Assembly: GCA_030640885.1 (NCBI GenBank)
Contig: DAOWIN010000083.1
Coordinates: 1-26,282, forward strand
DNA length: 26,282 nucleotides
Direction of reading: 5' to 3'
DNA from: Candidatus Omnitrophota bacterium
GTDB lineage: Bacteria > Omnitrophota > 4484-213
Shown: positions 15,548 through 23,908 of the stretch, in pieces
Position numbering within the stretch: the stretch's first letter is position 1
Layout of the letters: each line of letters starts with the position of its first letter
The notes under the pieces: model-generated
Database searches by the model: none
What the model was told of the DNA's origin: nothing
Seen by the model: the letters and a program-made list of their open reading frames with translations, nothing else
Translations under genes and position numbers: made by a program

Positions 15548-15612
15548 CTCAGTCGGTAGAGTGCCAGCTTCCCAAGCTGGATGCGCGGGTTCGATTCCCG
15601 TATCCCGCTCCA
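15538..15612 (+). tRNA. tRNA-Gly(CCC)
   Basis: Acceptor GCGGGAT/ATCCCGC, U73 discriminator, encoded CCA, anticodon stem CCAGC/GCTGG with CCC at 15571-15573, GGTTCGATT T-loop; 75 nt. Confidence 0.96.
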
Positions 15613-15660
15613 GTATCGCCAAAACGCAAAAAAGAAAACAGTATCGCCAAAACGCAAAAA
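15611..15660 (+). repeat. 22-nt exact direct repeat at the tRNA-Gly 3' end
   Basis: cagtatcgccaaaacgcaaaaa at 15611-15632 and 15639-15660. Confidence 0.92.
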
Positions 15661-15677
15661 TAAATATAAAATAAAAA

Positions 15678-16358
15678 ATGCAAAACCTATTTTTATCTAA
15701 AAAAAAATTCTGTTTTTTGTTTTTTGTTTTCTGTCTTCTGTCTTTTTTCGCCGGTTGTGCTGCTATAGACTACCATCCTTTACCAACTAAGCCAAAAATC
15801 TCCGGAGTTTATCATCAGGTTAAAAAGGGAGAAACCTTATGGAAAATCTCGCAAGCTTATAAAGTTTCCATTGGAAATATTGTAGCAATAAATAAACTCT
15901 CTGATATGGATAAAATAGATAAGGAGCAATTGCTATTTATTCCTTATGCCGAAAATGTGCTGAACATTGATGTTGGCAAAAAAGATGAGGCTTTTATTTG
16001 GCCCTTAAAAAGAAAAGTAATTGCATTCTATGGAACAAAAAAAAACGATATAAGACAAAAGGGAATAAATATTCGGGGCAGAGAGGGTGAAAACATAATC
16101 AGCGCAAAAAGTGGAAAGGTTTCTTTTTGCGCTGATTATGTGAAAGGATATGGAAAATTAATTATTATTGACCATTCCGAGAATTTTCAAACCATTTATG
16201 CCCATAACTCTCAAAATTTGGTTAAACAGGGACAGAAAGTGAAACGGGGGGAAATTATCGCTAAAGTAGGCTCTACTGGAAGGGTTTCTACTCCTCAACT
16301 CCATTTTGAAGTCAGAAAGAATTCCCACCCCAAAAATCCTTTTTATTACCTTCCCTAA
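15678..16358 (+). CDS. LysM + M23 peptidase-family lipoprotein (NlpD-like)
   Basis: Lipobox FAGC, LysM domain (YHQVKKGETLWKIS), M23 domain (YAHNS, GSTG, PQLHFEVR). The HxxxD motif looks degenerate (QKGIN), as in non-catalytic NlpD. Confidence 0.88.
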   Translation: MQNLFLSKKKFCFLFFVFCLLSFFAGCAAIDYHPLPTKPKISGVYHQVKKGETLWKISQAYKVSIGNIVAINKLSDMDKIDKEQLLFIPYAENVLNIDVGKKDEAFIWPLKRKVIAFYGTKKNDIRQKGINIRGREGENIISAKSGKVSFCADYVKGYGKLIIIDHSENFQTIYAHNSQNLVKQGQKVKRGEIIAKVGSTGRVSTPQLHFEVRKNSHPKNPFYYLP

Positions 16359-16385
16359 ATATAACCAATAGGCAACAAAGATAGT

Positions 16386-16413
16386 TAACAGTTTACAGTC
16401 AACAGAGGACAGA
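16386..16413 (+). repeat. 7-nt-period tract (nnACAGn)
   Basis: taacagt ttacagt caacaga ggacaga. Confidence 0.6.
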
Positions 16414-16543
16414 TAAGAAAAGATAAAAAACAGAAGATAAAAGGTAGTAGATAATAAAGAAAGATAGGAAAGTTGCCAAAGACAACTATAAATGCAAAAT
16501 TTTTTTGTTAAAAACTAATTTTACAATGTAGTAGTGTCTGCTA

Positions 16544-18223
16544 ATGGAAAAATCCTTTTTCGCTCACAAAGAAACACTTGATTTACTAAATAAGAGAATT
16601 TCCAATTTTGAAGATAGATACCGACAAAACATTGCTATAATTGGAAAGGAGGGAAGCGGTAAAACATTTCTTTTGTTTCATTTTCTAAATCTTTTTTTCT
16701 CGCGAGAAAAAAAGAGAAAAACAGAGGAAAGAAAAAAGGCAATCCTTCCTGTATATCTGGAGTTAAAAAAAGGGGGGAACTTTGAGCATTTCGCTATCCA
16801 ATTTATCAAAAAGTTCCTTTTCTATTTTTTGGGAACTAAAATAGAACTGCAGCAAAAAGCTGATTTTAAACTTGATTTTTTATTGCGGCAATCTAAAAAA
16901 TATTTTCCCCTTGCTACAGCAGATATTGTTCGAATAAAAAATTATCTAAAAGACAAAAAGATTGATTCGGCCTATTCCCTGATTTTAAAATTACCTCATT
17001 TATTAACCCAAGAAAGTAATACAAAGCTGGTAATACTTTTGGATGAATTTCATTACTTGGGTCATTTCAAAATTGCTTCTCCCTTTTCAGTTCTGGCAAA
17101 AGAGATAGTAATACAAAAGGATGTCTTATATATTCTTACCAGTTCCGCTGTTAATCTGTCTCGGAAAATTTTATCTCAAAAGCTATCTCTTCTCTTAGGA
17201 AATTTTGAAGTAATCAAAGTAGAACCATTCGGCTTTGGAGAAACTGAAGAATTTTTTAAACAAGATAATCCATGGATAACTATTTCTTCTTTATGCAGAA
17301 ATTTTTTAATCGCCTTTACTGATGGCCACCCAGCTTATTTGAAAGCGATTAGCAAAAGAATGAAAATAGTGGTTCAAGAAAAAAGGGTAAGCCACATCTC
17401 TTTTACTTCACTGCAAAAATGCTTATATGAAGAGCTCTTTCTCGAAGATGGCCGAATAAATCAGCTTTTATCAGAAAGGATAAATAATATAAAAAGCCGT
17501 CATTTTGATAACTTTATCTGCATTCTGTTTTCTTTGGCAGAAGGTGACAAAAAAATCGCTGAAATAGCAAAAAAGACTGGCGAAAAAAGAAAAAATATTT
17601 CTAAGTTTTTGTCTCATTTTTTAGAAAAGGATATTATCCGTAAAAATGGTTTATTATATGGATTTAAGGATTCCTTGTTAAAATTTTGGTTAAATAATAG
17701 CTATCGCCTTAAAAGAGAGGACTTAAGTTTTGGTCTTGAATATGCAAAAAAGGAGTTTTTAGAGAGAACAGAAAAGGCATTTCTCGATTTTAGTTCGGAA
17801 AACAAGAGGGATCTTTCGGAAAGAGTAAAAGATTTATTAGATTGTTGGCGGAACGAGATATTATTAATAAATAACAAAAAGCATAAATTGCCTCATTTTG
17901 TCAGAGTGCAATCCCTCCAAGATCTTTCTCGAAGTTCAAAGCAAAATAAAGAAGTATATTTAGTGGCTCAGGCAAAGAATAGAAGCTGGGTAGGAAAGAT
18001 TGAAAAAAGAAAGGTTGGCCCGAAAGCGATCAGCGAGTTTATAGAAAACTGCAAGAAGGTTAATCACAAGTATAAAATCGCTCGTAGATTCTTGATTGTT
18101 TTAAAAGGAATAGAAATAGATGCAAAGATTTTAGCAAAAGAAGAAAAGATATGGATTTTAGGGATAAAGGAATTAAATTTTCTATTGGATTTTTATGGCA
18201 AATCTAAAATAGTGATTGGCTAA
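16544..18223 (+). CDS. AAA+/STAND-like (archaeal ATPase-type) ATP-binding protein with wHTH and an uncharacterised C-terminal domain
   Basis: Walker A GKEGSGKT, Walker B VILLDEF, FTDGHPAYL, and helix-turn-helix-like KKIAEIAKKTG...ISKFL; 559 aa. Confidence 0.8.
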   Translation: MEKSFFAHKETLDLLNKRISNFEDRYRQNIAIIGKEGSGKTFLLFHFLNLFFSREKKRKTEERKKAILPVYLELKKGGNFEHFAIQFIKKFLFYFLGTKIELQQKADFKLDFLLRQSKKYFPLATADIVRIKNYLKDKKIDSAYSLILKLPHLLTQESNTKLVILLDEFHYLGHFKIASPFSVLAKEIVIQKDVLYILTSSAVNLSRKILSQKLSLLLGNFEVIKVEPFGFGETEEFFKQDNPWITISSLCRNFLIAFTDGHPAYLKAISKRMKIVVQEKRVSHISFTSLQKCLYEELFLEDGRINQLLSERINNIKSRHFDNFICILFSLAEGDKKIAEIAKKTGEKRKNISKFLSHFLEKDIIRKNGLLYGFKDSLLKFWLNNSYRLKREDLSFGLEYAKKEFLERTEKAFLDFSSENKRDLSERVKDLLDCWRNEILLINNKKHKLPHFVRVQSLQDLSRSSKQNKEVYLVAQAKNRSWVGKIEKRKVGPKAISEFIENCKKVNHKYKIARRFLIVLKGIEIDAKILAKEEKIWILGIKELNFLLDFYGKSKIVIG

Positions 18224-18227
18224 AAGA

Positions 18228-18340
18228 ATAGCGGTTAGCGTATAGCGTATAGAAAGATAAGAAAGCTATAAATTCCAAAGATTTTTATTTTTTACCATTC
18301 ATTATCCGCTATGTGCTATACGCTATAACGAAGTTATAGC
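18228..18340. repeat. Inverted pair of 7-nt-period tracts plus GAA-triloop hairpin before the lemA SD
   Basis: atagcg gttagcg tatagcg tatag (18228-18252) versus ccgctat gtgctat acgctat (18306-18326); gctataac-gaa-gttatagc (18322-18340). Confidence 0.8.
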
Positions 18341-18350
18341 AGGAGAAGAC

Positions 18351-18917
18351 ATGAAAAAAGGTTTAATAATAGGAATAGTAATTATCTTTGTTTTGGTGGG
18401 TTTTTTCATTAAAGGATTAAATAGAGTAGTTACTTTGGATGAAAATATTAAAGAAGCATGGTCACAGATAGAAAATCAACTTCAAAGACGTAATGACCTC
18501 ATTCCTAACTTAGTGAATACGGTAAAGGGTTATACTGTTCACGAAAAAGAAATTTTTAAACATGTTGCTGATGCGCGAGCAAAATTAGCCGGAGCTATTT
18601 CTCATAATAAATCCATTTCGGAAAAAATCACTGCCGCCCAAAATTTGGGGGGAGCCCTTTCTCGATTATTGATGATAGTAGAAAACTACCCGGATTTGAA
18701 AGCCAATCAGAATTTTGCTCAATTAATGGATGAATTGGCAGGAACAGAAAATAGAATTGCTGTGGAAAGAATGCGTTATAATAGAACAGTAAAAATATTT
18801 AATGCCCATATAAGAAGAATCCCCGGAAGTTTTTTTGCCAGCTTAAAAAATCTTTCCTCAGCTTCTTATTTTAAAGCAGAGGAAAAAGCTGCGCAGCTTC
18901 CTGAGGTAAAATTTTAA
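18351..18917 (+). CDS. lemA: LemA family protein
   Basis: N-terminal TM, WSQIENQLQRRNDLIPNLVNTVKGY, ENYPDLKANQNF, TENRIAVER; SD aggag. Confidence 0.96.
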   Translation: MKKGLIIGIVIIFVLVGFFIKGLNRVVTLDENIKEAWSQIENQLQRRNDLIPNLVNTVKGYTVHEKEIFKHVADARAKLAGAISHNKSISEKITAAQNLGGALSRLLMIVENYPDLKANQNFAQLMDELAGTENRIAVERMRYNRTVKIFNAHIRRIPGSFFASLKNLSSASYFKAEEKAAQLPEVKF

Positions 18918-18928
18918 CCAATACTACT

Positions 18929-19711
18929 ATGAAATGGACAATCATGGATAGGAAAAAGATAAAAGAATTAGAAAAAGCGATTAAGTACCGTTTCCGTCAT
19001 AAAAACCTTCTTTTTCAAGCCTTAACTCATAAATCTTCTCTGCCTAATTCAAAAGAAAGCACATCTATTTACCAACAGAACGGAAATAACGAAAGATTAG
19101 AATTTTTGGGAGATGCAGTACTAGATTTGGTTATAAGTAATTATCTTTATCGCTCTTATCCTAACTATCAGGAAGGGGAGTTGACTAAATTTAGGTCGCA
19201 TCTTGTTAATGCCACGCGTCTCTTAAAAAAGGCTCAGGAAATAAGCCTCGAGAAATATATTATCTGGAAAGAAGAGGAAACCAACAATGAAAAGGAAAGA
19301 AGAAATTCTGGGCTTTCCGATACTTATGAGGCAATAATTGGGGCAATTTATATTGATAGAGGGATAAAATGGGCGACAAAATTTATTTCCTTTCATTTTA
19401 GCAAGGAAATTAGATCAATAGAACAAGGAGAGTATGAAAAGGATTATAAATCCTTTTTTCAAGAGTTTAGTCTAAAAACCTTTAAAGAAATGCCTGTTTA
19501 TGAGATTATTTCAACGGAAGGGAAGGAACACCGTAAAAATTTTAATGTAAAGGTAAGTATTAAGAATGAGATTTATGGGCAAGGTTCTGGTTGGACCGTA
19601 AAAAAGGCTCAACAATCAGCTGCTCAAGCGGCTTTAAGACATTTTGGCGAAGAGGCTGAGGAAAAGTTTGTTTCAAAAATCCCATCAAAAAAAGTTAAAG
19701 GAAGAATTTAA
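18929..19711 (+). CDS. rnc: Ribonuclease III (start may be ATG 18944)
   Basis: ALTHKS, NERLEFLGDAVL, DTYEAIIGAIYID, and dsRBD (DYKS...F...G.G...KKAQQSAA). Confidence 0.96.
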   Translation: MKWTIMDRKKIKELEKAIKYRFRHKNLLFQALTHKSSLPNSKESTSIYQQNGNNERLEFLGDAVLDLVISNYLYRSYPNYQEGELTKFRSHLVNATRLLKKAQEISLEKYIIWKEEETNNEKERRNSGLSDTYEAIIGAIYIDRGIKWATKFISFHFSKEIRSIEQGEYEKDYKSFFQEFSLKTFKEMPVYEIISTEGKEHRKNFNVKVSIKNEIYGQGSGWTVKKAQQSAAQAALRHFGEEAEEKFVSKIPSKKVKGRI

Positions 19712-19804
19712 GTTATTATTTCTCTTTATTTTTCCCTTTCTATTTTACATAATAAGTATTATACGACATAAAATATTTCCCTTAAAACGAATAATATCTA
19801 CTTT

Positions 19805-20092
19805 TCAATCGCTATTTTTTCCTTTGAGTATCTTATCAATAGCTTCCCACACCTTTTTTCTTCCTGCTCGACACTTATTAACTTCGGTTTTTTTTTCTAC
19901 TACCGCTTGGGCAAAGGCATCACAACTGCTAAAACCACAGGCGCCGCAATTTGCTCCCGGGAGAACCGTACGCACCTTTTCTATCAAAGGATCCACCTGC
20001 GGAGCAAATTTCCGAGAAAAGCAACCCAAAATCCAACCTGCCGATATTCCTAAGAAAGTTAAGCATAAAATAGAAGAAATAAAGATACTCAT
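19805..20092 (-). CDS. Short RnfB-like protein (TM helix + single FeS domain only)
   Basis: 95 aa; N-terminal TM, then VDPLIEKV...LPGANCGACGFSSC...C, the RnfB N-terminal FeS motif; no ferredoxin repeats follow. Confidence 0.85.
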   Translation of the reverse strand: MSIFISSILCLTFLGISAGWILGCFSRKFAPQVDPLIEKVRTVLPGANCGACGFSSCDAFAQAVVEKKTEVNKCRAGRKKVWEAIDKILKGKNSD

Positions 20093-21081
20093 TTTTTCAA
20101 AAGAGCTGTGCTAATGTCTTTATTAATTTGGTGACCTACAAATTCATAAGCAACACGGATAGCATTCTTAATCGCTCTGCTTGAAGAAACACCGTGAGCG
20201 ATAATACAAACCTTTTGCGTTCCTAAAAGCGGCGCCCCTCCATATTCAGAATAATCCAATTTCTTTTTAAAGCTGCCTAATGAAAATTTGAATAAAGAAC
20301 TGGTGATTTTTGCAAAAATATTTCTATTTAATTCCCTCTTTAACATCAAATTTGTTACTTCTCCTAAACTTTCAGATACCTTCAAAATAATATTCCCTAC
20401 AAAACCGTCGCAAATTACGCAGTCAACTTCCCCGCTGAATACATCATGACCTTCTATGTATCCAATAAAATTGAGTGAACTTTCCGCTTTCAGAAAATCG
20501 AATGTTTCCTTAATGAAACCGGTACCTTTGCTCTCCTCTGTCCCGATATTAAGTAAACCAACCTTAGGATTCACTCTGCCTAAAATTTCCTCAGAATAAA
20601 CTTTAACCATTATGGCGTATTGCAACAAGTGCAAAGGTTTAGGGCTAATATTTGCTCCTACATCTATGAGTAAAGAAGGTTCTTTTAAGGTAGGAATAAC
20701 TACAGCAATTCCTGCGCGTTCAATACTGGGCAAAAGCCTTAATTTCAAAGTAGCGGCGGCTACAACGGCACCGGTGTTGCCTGCGCTAACTAAGGCATCA
20801 GCTTTTTCTTCTTTAAGCAAATCAATAGCAACACCAATGGAAGAACCCTTTTTCTTTTTCAAAGCTGCGACAGGAGTCTCTCCCATCTCGATAGTCTCTT
20901 TGGCTGATTTAATAGAAATTTTTTCGACCGGGTAATTATATAAAGAAAGCTCTTTTTTAATCCTCCGCTCATCTCCCACCAAAAGAACATTAGAGGGGAA
21001 CTCTTTTACTGCCTCAACTGCCCCTTTCACAACCACCTGCGGCCCCTTGTCTCCACCCATTGCATCTACGGCAATAATCAT
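20089..21081 (-). CDS. plsX: Phosphate acyltransferase
   Basis: IAVDAMGGD, VSAGNTGA, DVGAN, LLNIGTEESKG, CDGFVGN, YGGAPLLG, HGVS. Confidence 0.97.
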   Translation of the reverse strand: MIIAVDAMGGDKGPQVVVKGAVEAVKEFPSNVLLVGDERRIKKELSLYNYPVEKISIKSAKETIEMGETPVAALKKKKGSSIGVAIDLLKEEKADALVSAGNTGAVVAAATLKLRLLPSIERAGIAVVIPTLKEPSLLIDVGANISPKPLHLLQYAIMVKVYSEEILGRVNPKVGLLNIGTEESKGTGFIKETFDFLKAESSLNFIGYIEGHDVFSGEVDCVICDGFVGNIILKVSESLGEVTNLMLKRELNRNIFAKITSSLFKFSLGSFKKKLDYSEYGGAPLLGTQKVCIIAHGVSSSRAIKNAIRVAYEFVGHQINKDISTALLKK

Positions 21082-21278
21082 TTCTTTTCCTTTTTTTCCT
21101 TTATTTTTATCTCCAAAACCTGTCTGTCTTTATAATACCCGCATTTAGGACAGGGTTGATGGGGCATTTTAAAAGCTGCGCATCTTGGACAAACGCCCAG
21201 AGAGGGCTTAGAAAGCTTCTGCTGCCCCCTTCTTTTGTCTCTTCTGGTTTTAGAATGTCTTCTTTTGGGTAAAGCCAT
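21078..21278 (-). CDS. rpmF: 50S ribosomal protein L32
   Basis: MALPKRRHSKTRRDKRR, CPRC...CPKCGYY; SD ggagg. Confidence 0.97.
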   Translation of the reverse strand: MALPKRRHSKTRRDKRRGQQKLSKPSLGVCPRCAAFKMPHQPCPKCGYYKDRQVLEIKIKEKKEKK

Positions 21279-21287
21279 AATACCTCC

Positions 21288-21310
21288 TCGCTCACTGCGT
21301 TCGCTCGTCG
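21288..21310. repeat. REP-like motif abutting the rpmF SD
   Basis: tcgctcactgcgttcgctcg shares cactgcgttc with 121-130 and the gtgagcg/gagcgaa motifs with 884-899. Confidence 0.65.
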
Positions 21311-21311
21311 G

Positions 21312-21419
21312 AATGTCTAATTTCTAATTGCTCTAATTCCTAATGTCTAACCAAATCCCGAATTCCTGATTGGGCATTGAGTTTTATTTAGATCAATTAG
21401 ACATTAGGTTAATTAGTCA
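21312..21419. repeat. ctaat-period tracts arranged as inverted arms
   Basis: aatgtct aatttct aattgctct aattcct aatgtct aa; ctaatgtctaa (21340-21350) is the exact reverse complement of ttagacattag (21397-21407). Confidence 0.75.
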
Positions 21420-21442
21420 TTTATAATAATTCTCTCTACTTG

Positions 21443-22438
21443 CTATCTTTTTAACTCCTTAATCAACATCGGCACAATTTTAAACAAATCTCCCACGATC
21501 CCATAAGTAGCAACCTTAAAAATGGGGGCTTCGGCGTCCTTATTAATAGCAATGATTATCTTGGAAGATTGCATTCCTACTAAATGCTGAATTTGTCCGG
21601 AGATTCCGCAGGCAATATACACCTTTGGACAAACCGTCTTGCCGGTCTGCCCTACCTGATGAGAATAAGGAAGCCAATCGTTATCTACTGTAGCCCGCGA
21701 GGCACCCACTGCTCCTTTTAAGACCAAAGCAAGTTCCTCTATTAAGCCAAAATTCTCTTTTTTTCCCAATCCTCTGCCTCCGGAAACAATAATGTCTGCT
21801 TCGGTTAAACGCACTGTTTTATCTATCTCTTTAACAATGTCCTCTATCTTAATATCAGAAAATAAAGGCGTTTGTGGTTGAACAGAAATTATTTCTCCTT
21901 TCCTTTTTTCATCAACCTCTGCCTCCGACATTACCTTATGCCGCACAGTAGCCATTTGCGGACGCCGTTCAGAACAAACAATGGTTGCCATAATATTGCC
22001 CCCAAAGGCCGGTCGGGTTTGAACCAAAATCTTTTTCTCGTCATCAATTTCCAAAGCGGTGCAATCGGCAGTCAAACCTGTTTTTAGGGCGGCGGCAAGG
22101 CGAGGCATTAAAGACCTCCCGGTTAAAGTTGCTCCGCCAAGAACAACGCTTGGTTTATATCTGTGAACTAAATCAACCAAAACACTACTATAAATATCAG
22201 AACGGTAATTTAAAAACTCCTCGCTTTCTATTAAATAGACCTTACTTGCTCCTCGCCAAATTAGCCCCTTTGCTTTTTCTTTTATCTTATGACCCAACAA
22301 AACTGCGCATAGCTTTGCCTGCAATTGTTCAGCCAGCTCGCTCCCCTTTCCTAAAAGTTCATAAACTACTGAGTGAATGCTGCCAGCATTTTGCTCGGCA
22401 AAAATCCAGATTTCTTTATTTGCTTCGTTTGTATTCAT
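21443..22438 (-). CDS. etfA: Electron transfer flavoprotein alpha subunit
   Basis: GLTADCT, QTRPAFGGN, VSGGRG, GASR, QVGQTGKTV, GISGQIQHLVGM, INKD. Confidence 0.96.
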   Translation of the reverse strand: MNTNEANKEIWIFAEQNAGSIHSVVYELLGKGSELAEQLQAKLCAVLLGHKIKEKAKGLIWRGASKVYLIESEEFLNYRSDIYSSVLVDLVHRYKPSVVLGGATLTGRSLMPRLAAALKTGLTADCTALEIDDEKKILVQTRPAFGGNIMATIVCSERRPQMATVRHKVMSEAEVDEKRKGEIISVQPQTPLFSDIKIEDIVKEIDKTVRLTEADIIVSGGRGLGKKENFGLIEELALVLKGAVGASRATVDNDWLPYSHQVGQTGKTVCPKVYIACGISGQIQHLVGMQSSKIIIAINKDAEAPIFKVATYGIVGDLFKIVPMLIKELKR

Positions 22439-22454
22439 AAATAATCTAAGTTTC

Positions 22455-23231
22455 TTAAATGCTTCTTAACACCTCTGCCATTTCCTTAACTATTTCTTCG
22501 GCATCTCCCTCAAAAATTTTTCCCTTTTCTCGTTGGGGAGGAGAAAAAATTCTCTTTACCTGCGTGGGCGAACCTTTTAGACCAGTTTTTTCTCTGTCAG
22601 CGTTTATATCCTCCAAAGTCCATTTTTTTATCTCTGCCTTTTTAGCCCTCATTTTCCCTTTCAGTGAAGGCAGTCGGGGTTCGTTTATCTCTTTTACTAC
22701 GGTAATCAAACAAGGTAATTTCGCTTGGATAACCTCATACCCCTCTTCGCTCATTCGGCGAACCTTAATTCTTTCCTGCTCAACCTGTTCAATCTTGCTT
22801 ACATAGGCAATCTGAGGAATATTTAGCCAAACAGAAACCTCCGGACCAACCTGAGCCGTATCTCCATCAGCGGCTTGTTTCCCGCAAATAATTATGTCAT
22901 AACCGTCTATTTTTTTAATCCCCTGAGCTAAGGTGTAAGAGGTAGCAAGTGTATCTGCTCCGCCGAATTTTCTATCGCAAAGCAAAATTGCTTCATCTGC
23001 CCCTAAAGAAATTGCTTCTCGCAGAGATTTCTCTGCCTGAGCTGGCCCCATACTCAAGACAATAACCTCGCCGCCCAACCTTTCTTTTAGGCGAATACCC
23101 TCTTCTATAGCATACATATCAAAGGGACTAATAATACTTTTTACCCCGGCCCGAATTAGGGTATTTGTTTCAGGGTCAGTCTTTATCTCTGTTGTATCCG
23201 GAACCTCTTTTATACAAACAATTATTTTCAT
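22455..23231 (-). CDS. etfB: Electron transfer flavoprotein beta subunit
   Basis: MKIIVCIKEVPD (ATG at 23231), SMGP, ADTLATS, GKQAADGDTAQVGP, EPRLPS. Confidence 0.96.
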   Translation of the reverse strand: MKIIVCIKEVPDTTEIKTDPETNTLIRAGVKSIISPFDMYAIEEGIRLKERLGGEVIVLSMGPAQAEKSLREAISLGADEAILLCDRKFGGADTLATSYTLAQGIKKIDGYDIIICGKQAADGDTAQVGPEVSVWLNIPQIAYVSKIEQVEQERIKVRRMSEEGYEVIQAKLPCLITVVKEINEPRLPSLKGKMRAKKAEIKKWTLEDINADREKTGLKGSPTQVKRIFSPPQREKGKIFEGDAEEIVKEMAEVLRSI

Positions 23232-23233
23232 TT

Positions 23234-23395
23234 TCAATGACGCCATAATATTGACAAACAAGCTTCAACGGCTTCATAAATATTGCCGAGAAGTTCCTCA
23301 AATGTTTCCCCCTGAGTTGCACAACCCGGTATTGCTGGCACTTCTGCCCAATATCCGCCTTCCTCGGCTTGATGAATAACTACTTTTAATTTCAT
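23234..23395 (-). CDS. hicB: HicB-family antitoxin, short/probably C-terminally truncated (53 aa; missed by the ORF track)
   Basis: Manual translation: MKLKVVIHQAEEGGYWAEVPAIPGCATQGETFEELLGNIYEAVEACLSILWRH*; SD ggagcaggag upstream. Confidence 0.85.
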   Translation of the reverse strand: MKLKVVIHQAEEGGYWAEVPAIPGCATQGETFEELLGNIYEAVEACLSILWRH

Positions 23396-23476
23396 AGTTG
23401 CGTTCTCCTGCTCCGCATCGTTAGAAGTCCTGTCAGAAAAAAATTCAAGTATTAAGCTTACGGTGTAGTATGTCTT

Positions 23477-23898
23477 TTAATAGTCCTTTAGATAATTTTT
23501 GATATAGATAATAAATTTTTTAAAGTCCGGCAGACGCTTTTGCAAAACTTGATAAACCTGTTCCAAATCCACTTTAAGATATTCATGCACTAAAATATTC
23601 CTAAAACCAGCCATATTGCGAATATTATAGGCAAAAGAAGGAGGTATTATCTCTTTTTCTCCTAATCTATCAATAATATCAACATAATCCTCAATCTGAT
23701 TTTCACCTATTTCTACCAAAATATGGTTGCCTATATCAATAACTAATTGAATCGCCAATTGTTATTCATGCTCTATTGCCCAACTATTTTGCAAAGAATT
23801 TTTTACATCCTCAAAGGAAAGCTTTTTCAACTCCTCTAATTTTTTCACATAACGCTTTAGTTCTAACAACTTTTTTCAACAATTTCCTTATCTAACAT
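23477..23898 (-). pseudogene. DUF86/HepT-type HEPN toxin, disrupted by a frameshift and an in-frame stop
   Basis: ATG 23898 reads MLDKEIVEK, then shifts frame in a 6-A run (23871-23876), giving KLLELKRYVKK...AIEHE*QLAIQ with TAA at 23762-23764; the Rx4H motif RNILVHEY is intact. Confidence 0.88.
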
Positions 23899-23908
23899 AG
23901 TTCGCTTT

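Noticed and set aside
19758-19786. Minus-strand TATAAT pointing antisense into rnc
   Set aside because: The -35 is poor (tttaag) in very AT-rich DNA, so it is not distinguishable from chance.
1181-22806. Numerous antisense/shadow ORFs (e.g. 1181-1522, 6482-6814, 8971-9345, 19644-20114, 20612-20935, 22129-22440, 22459-22806)
   Set aside because: They lie opposite well-supported genes, have Phe/Leu/Ser-biased shadow composition and show no recognisable motifs.
2890-23261. ORF-track upstream starts for infC (2890), the LolA-like gene (8854), MNT (13654), rfaE2 (14022), thiE (14900) and etfB (23261)
   Set aside because: They lie in repeats or overlap neighbouring genes; downstream starts have better SD or coupling and match family N-termini.
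23762-23876. Programmed frameshift or read-through rescuing the HEPN toxin
   Set aside because: It needs two independent recoding events, including a TAA; pseudogenisation is more parsimonious.
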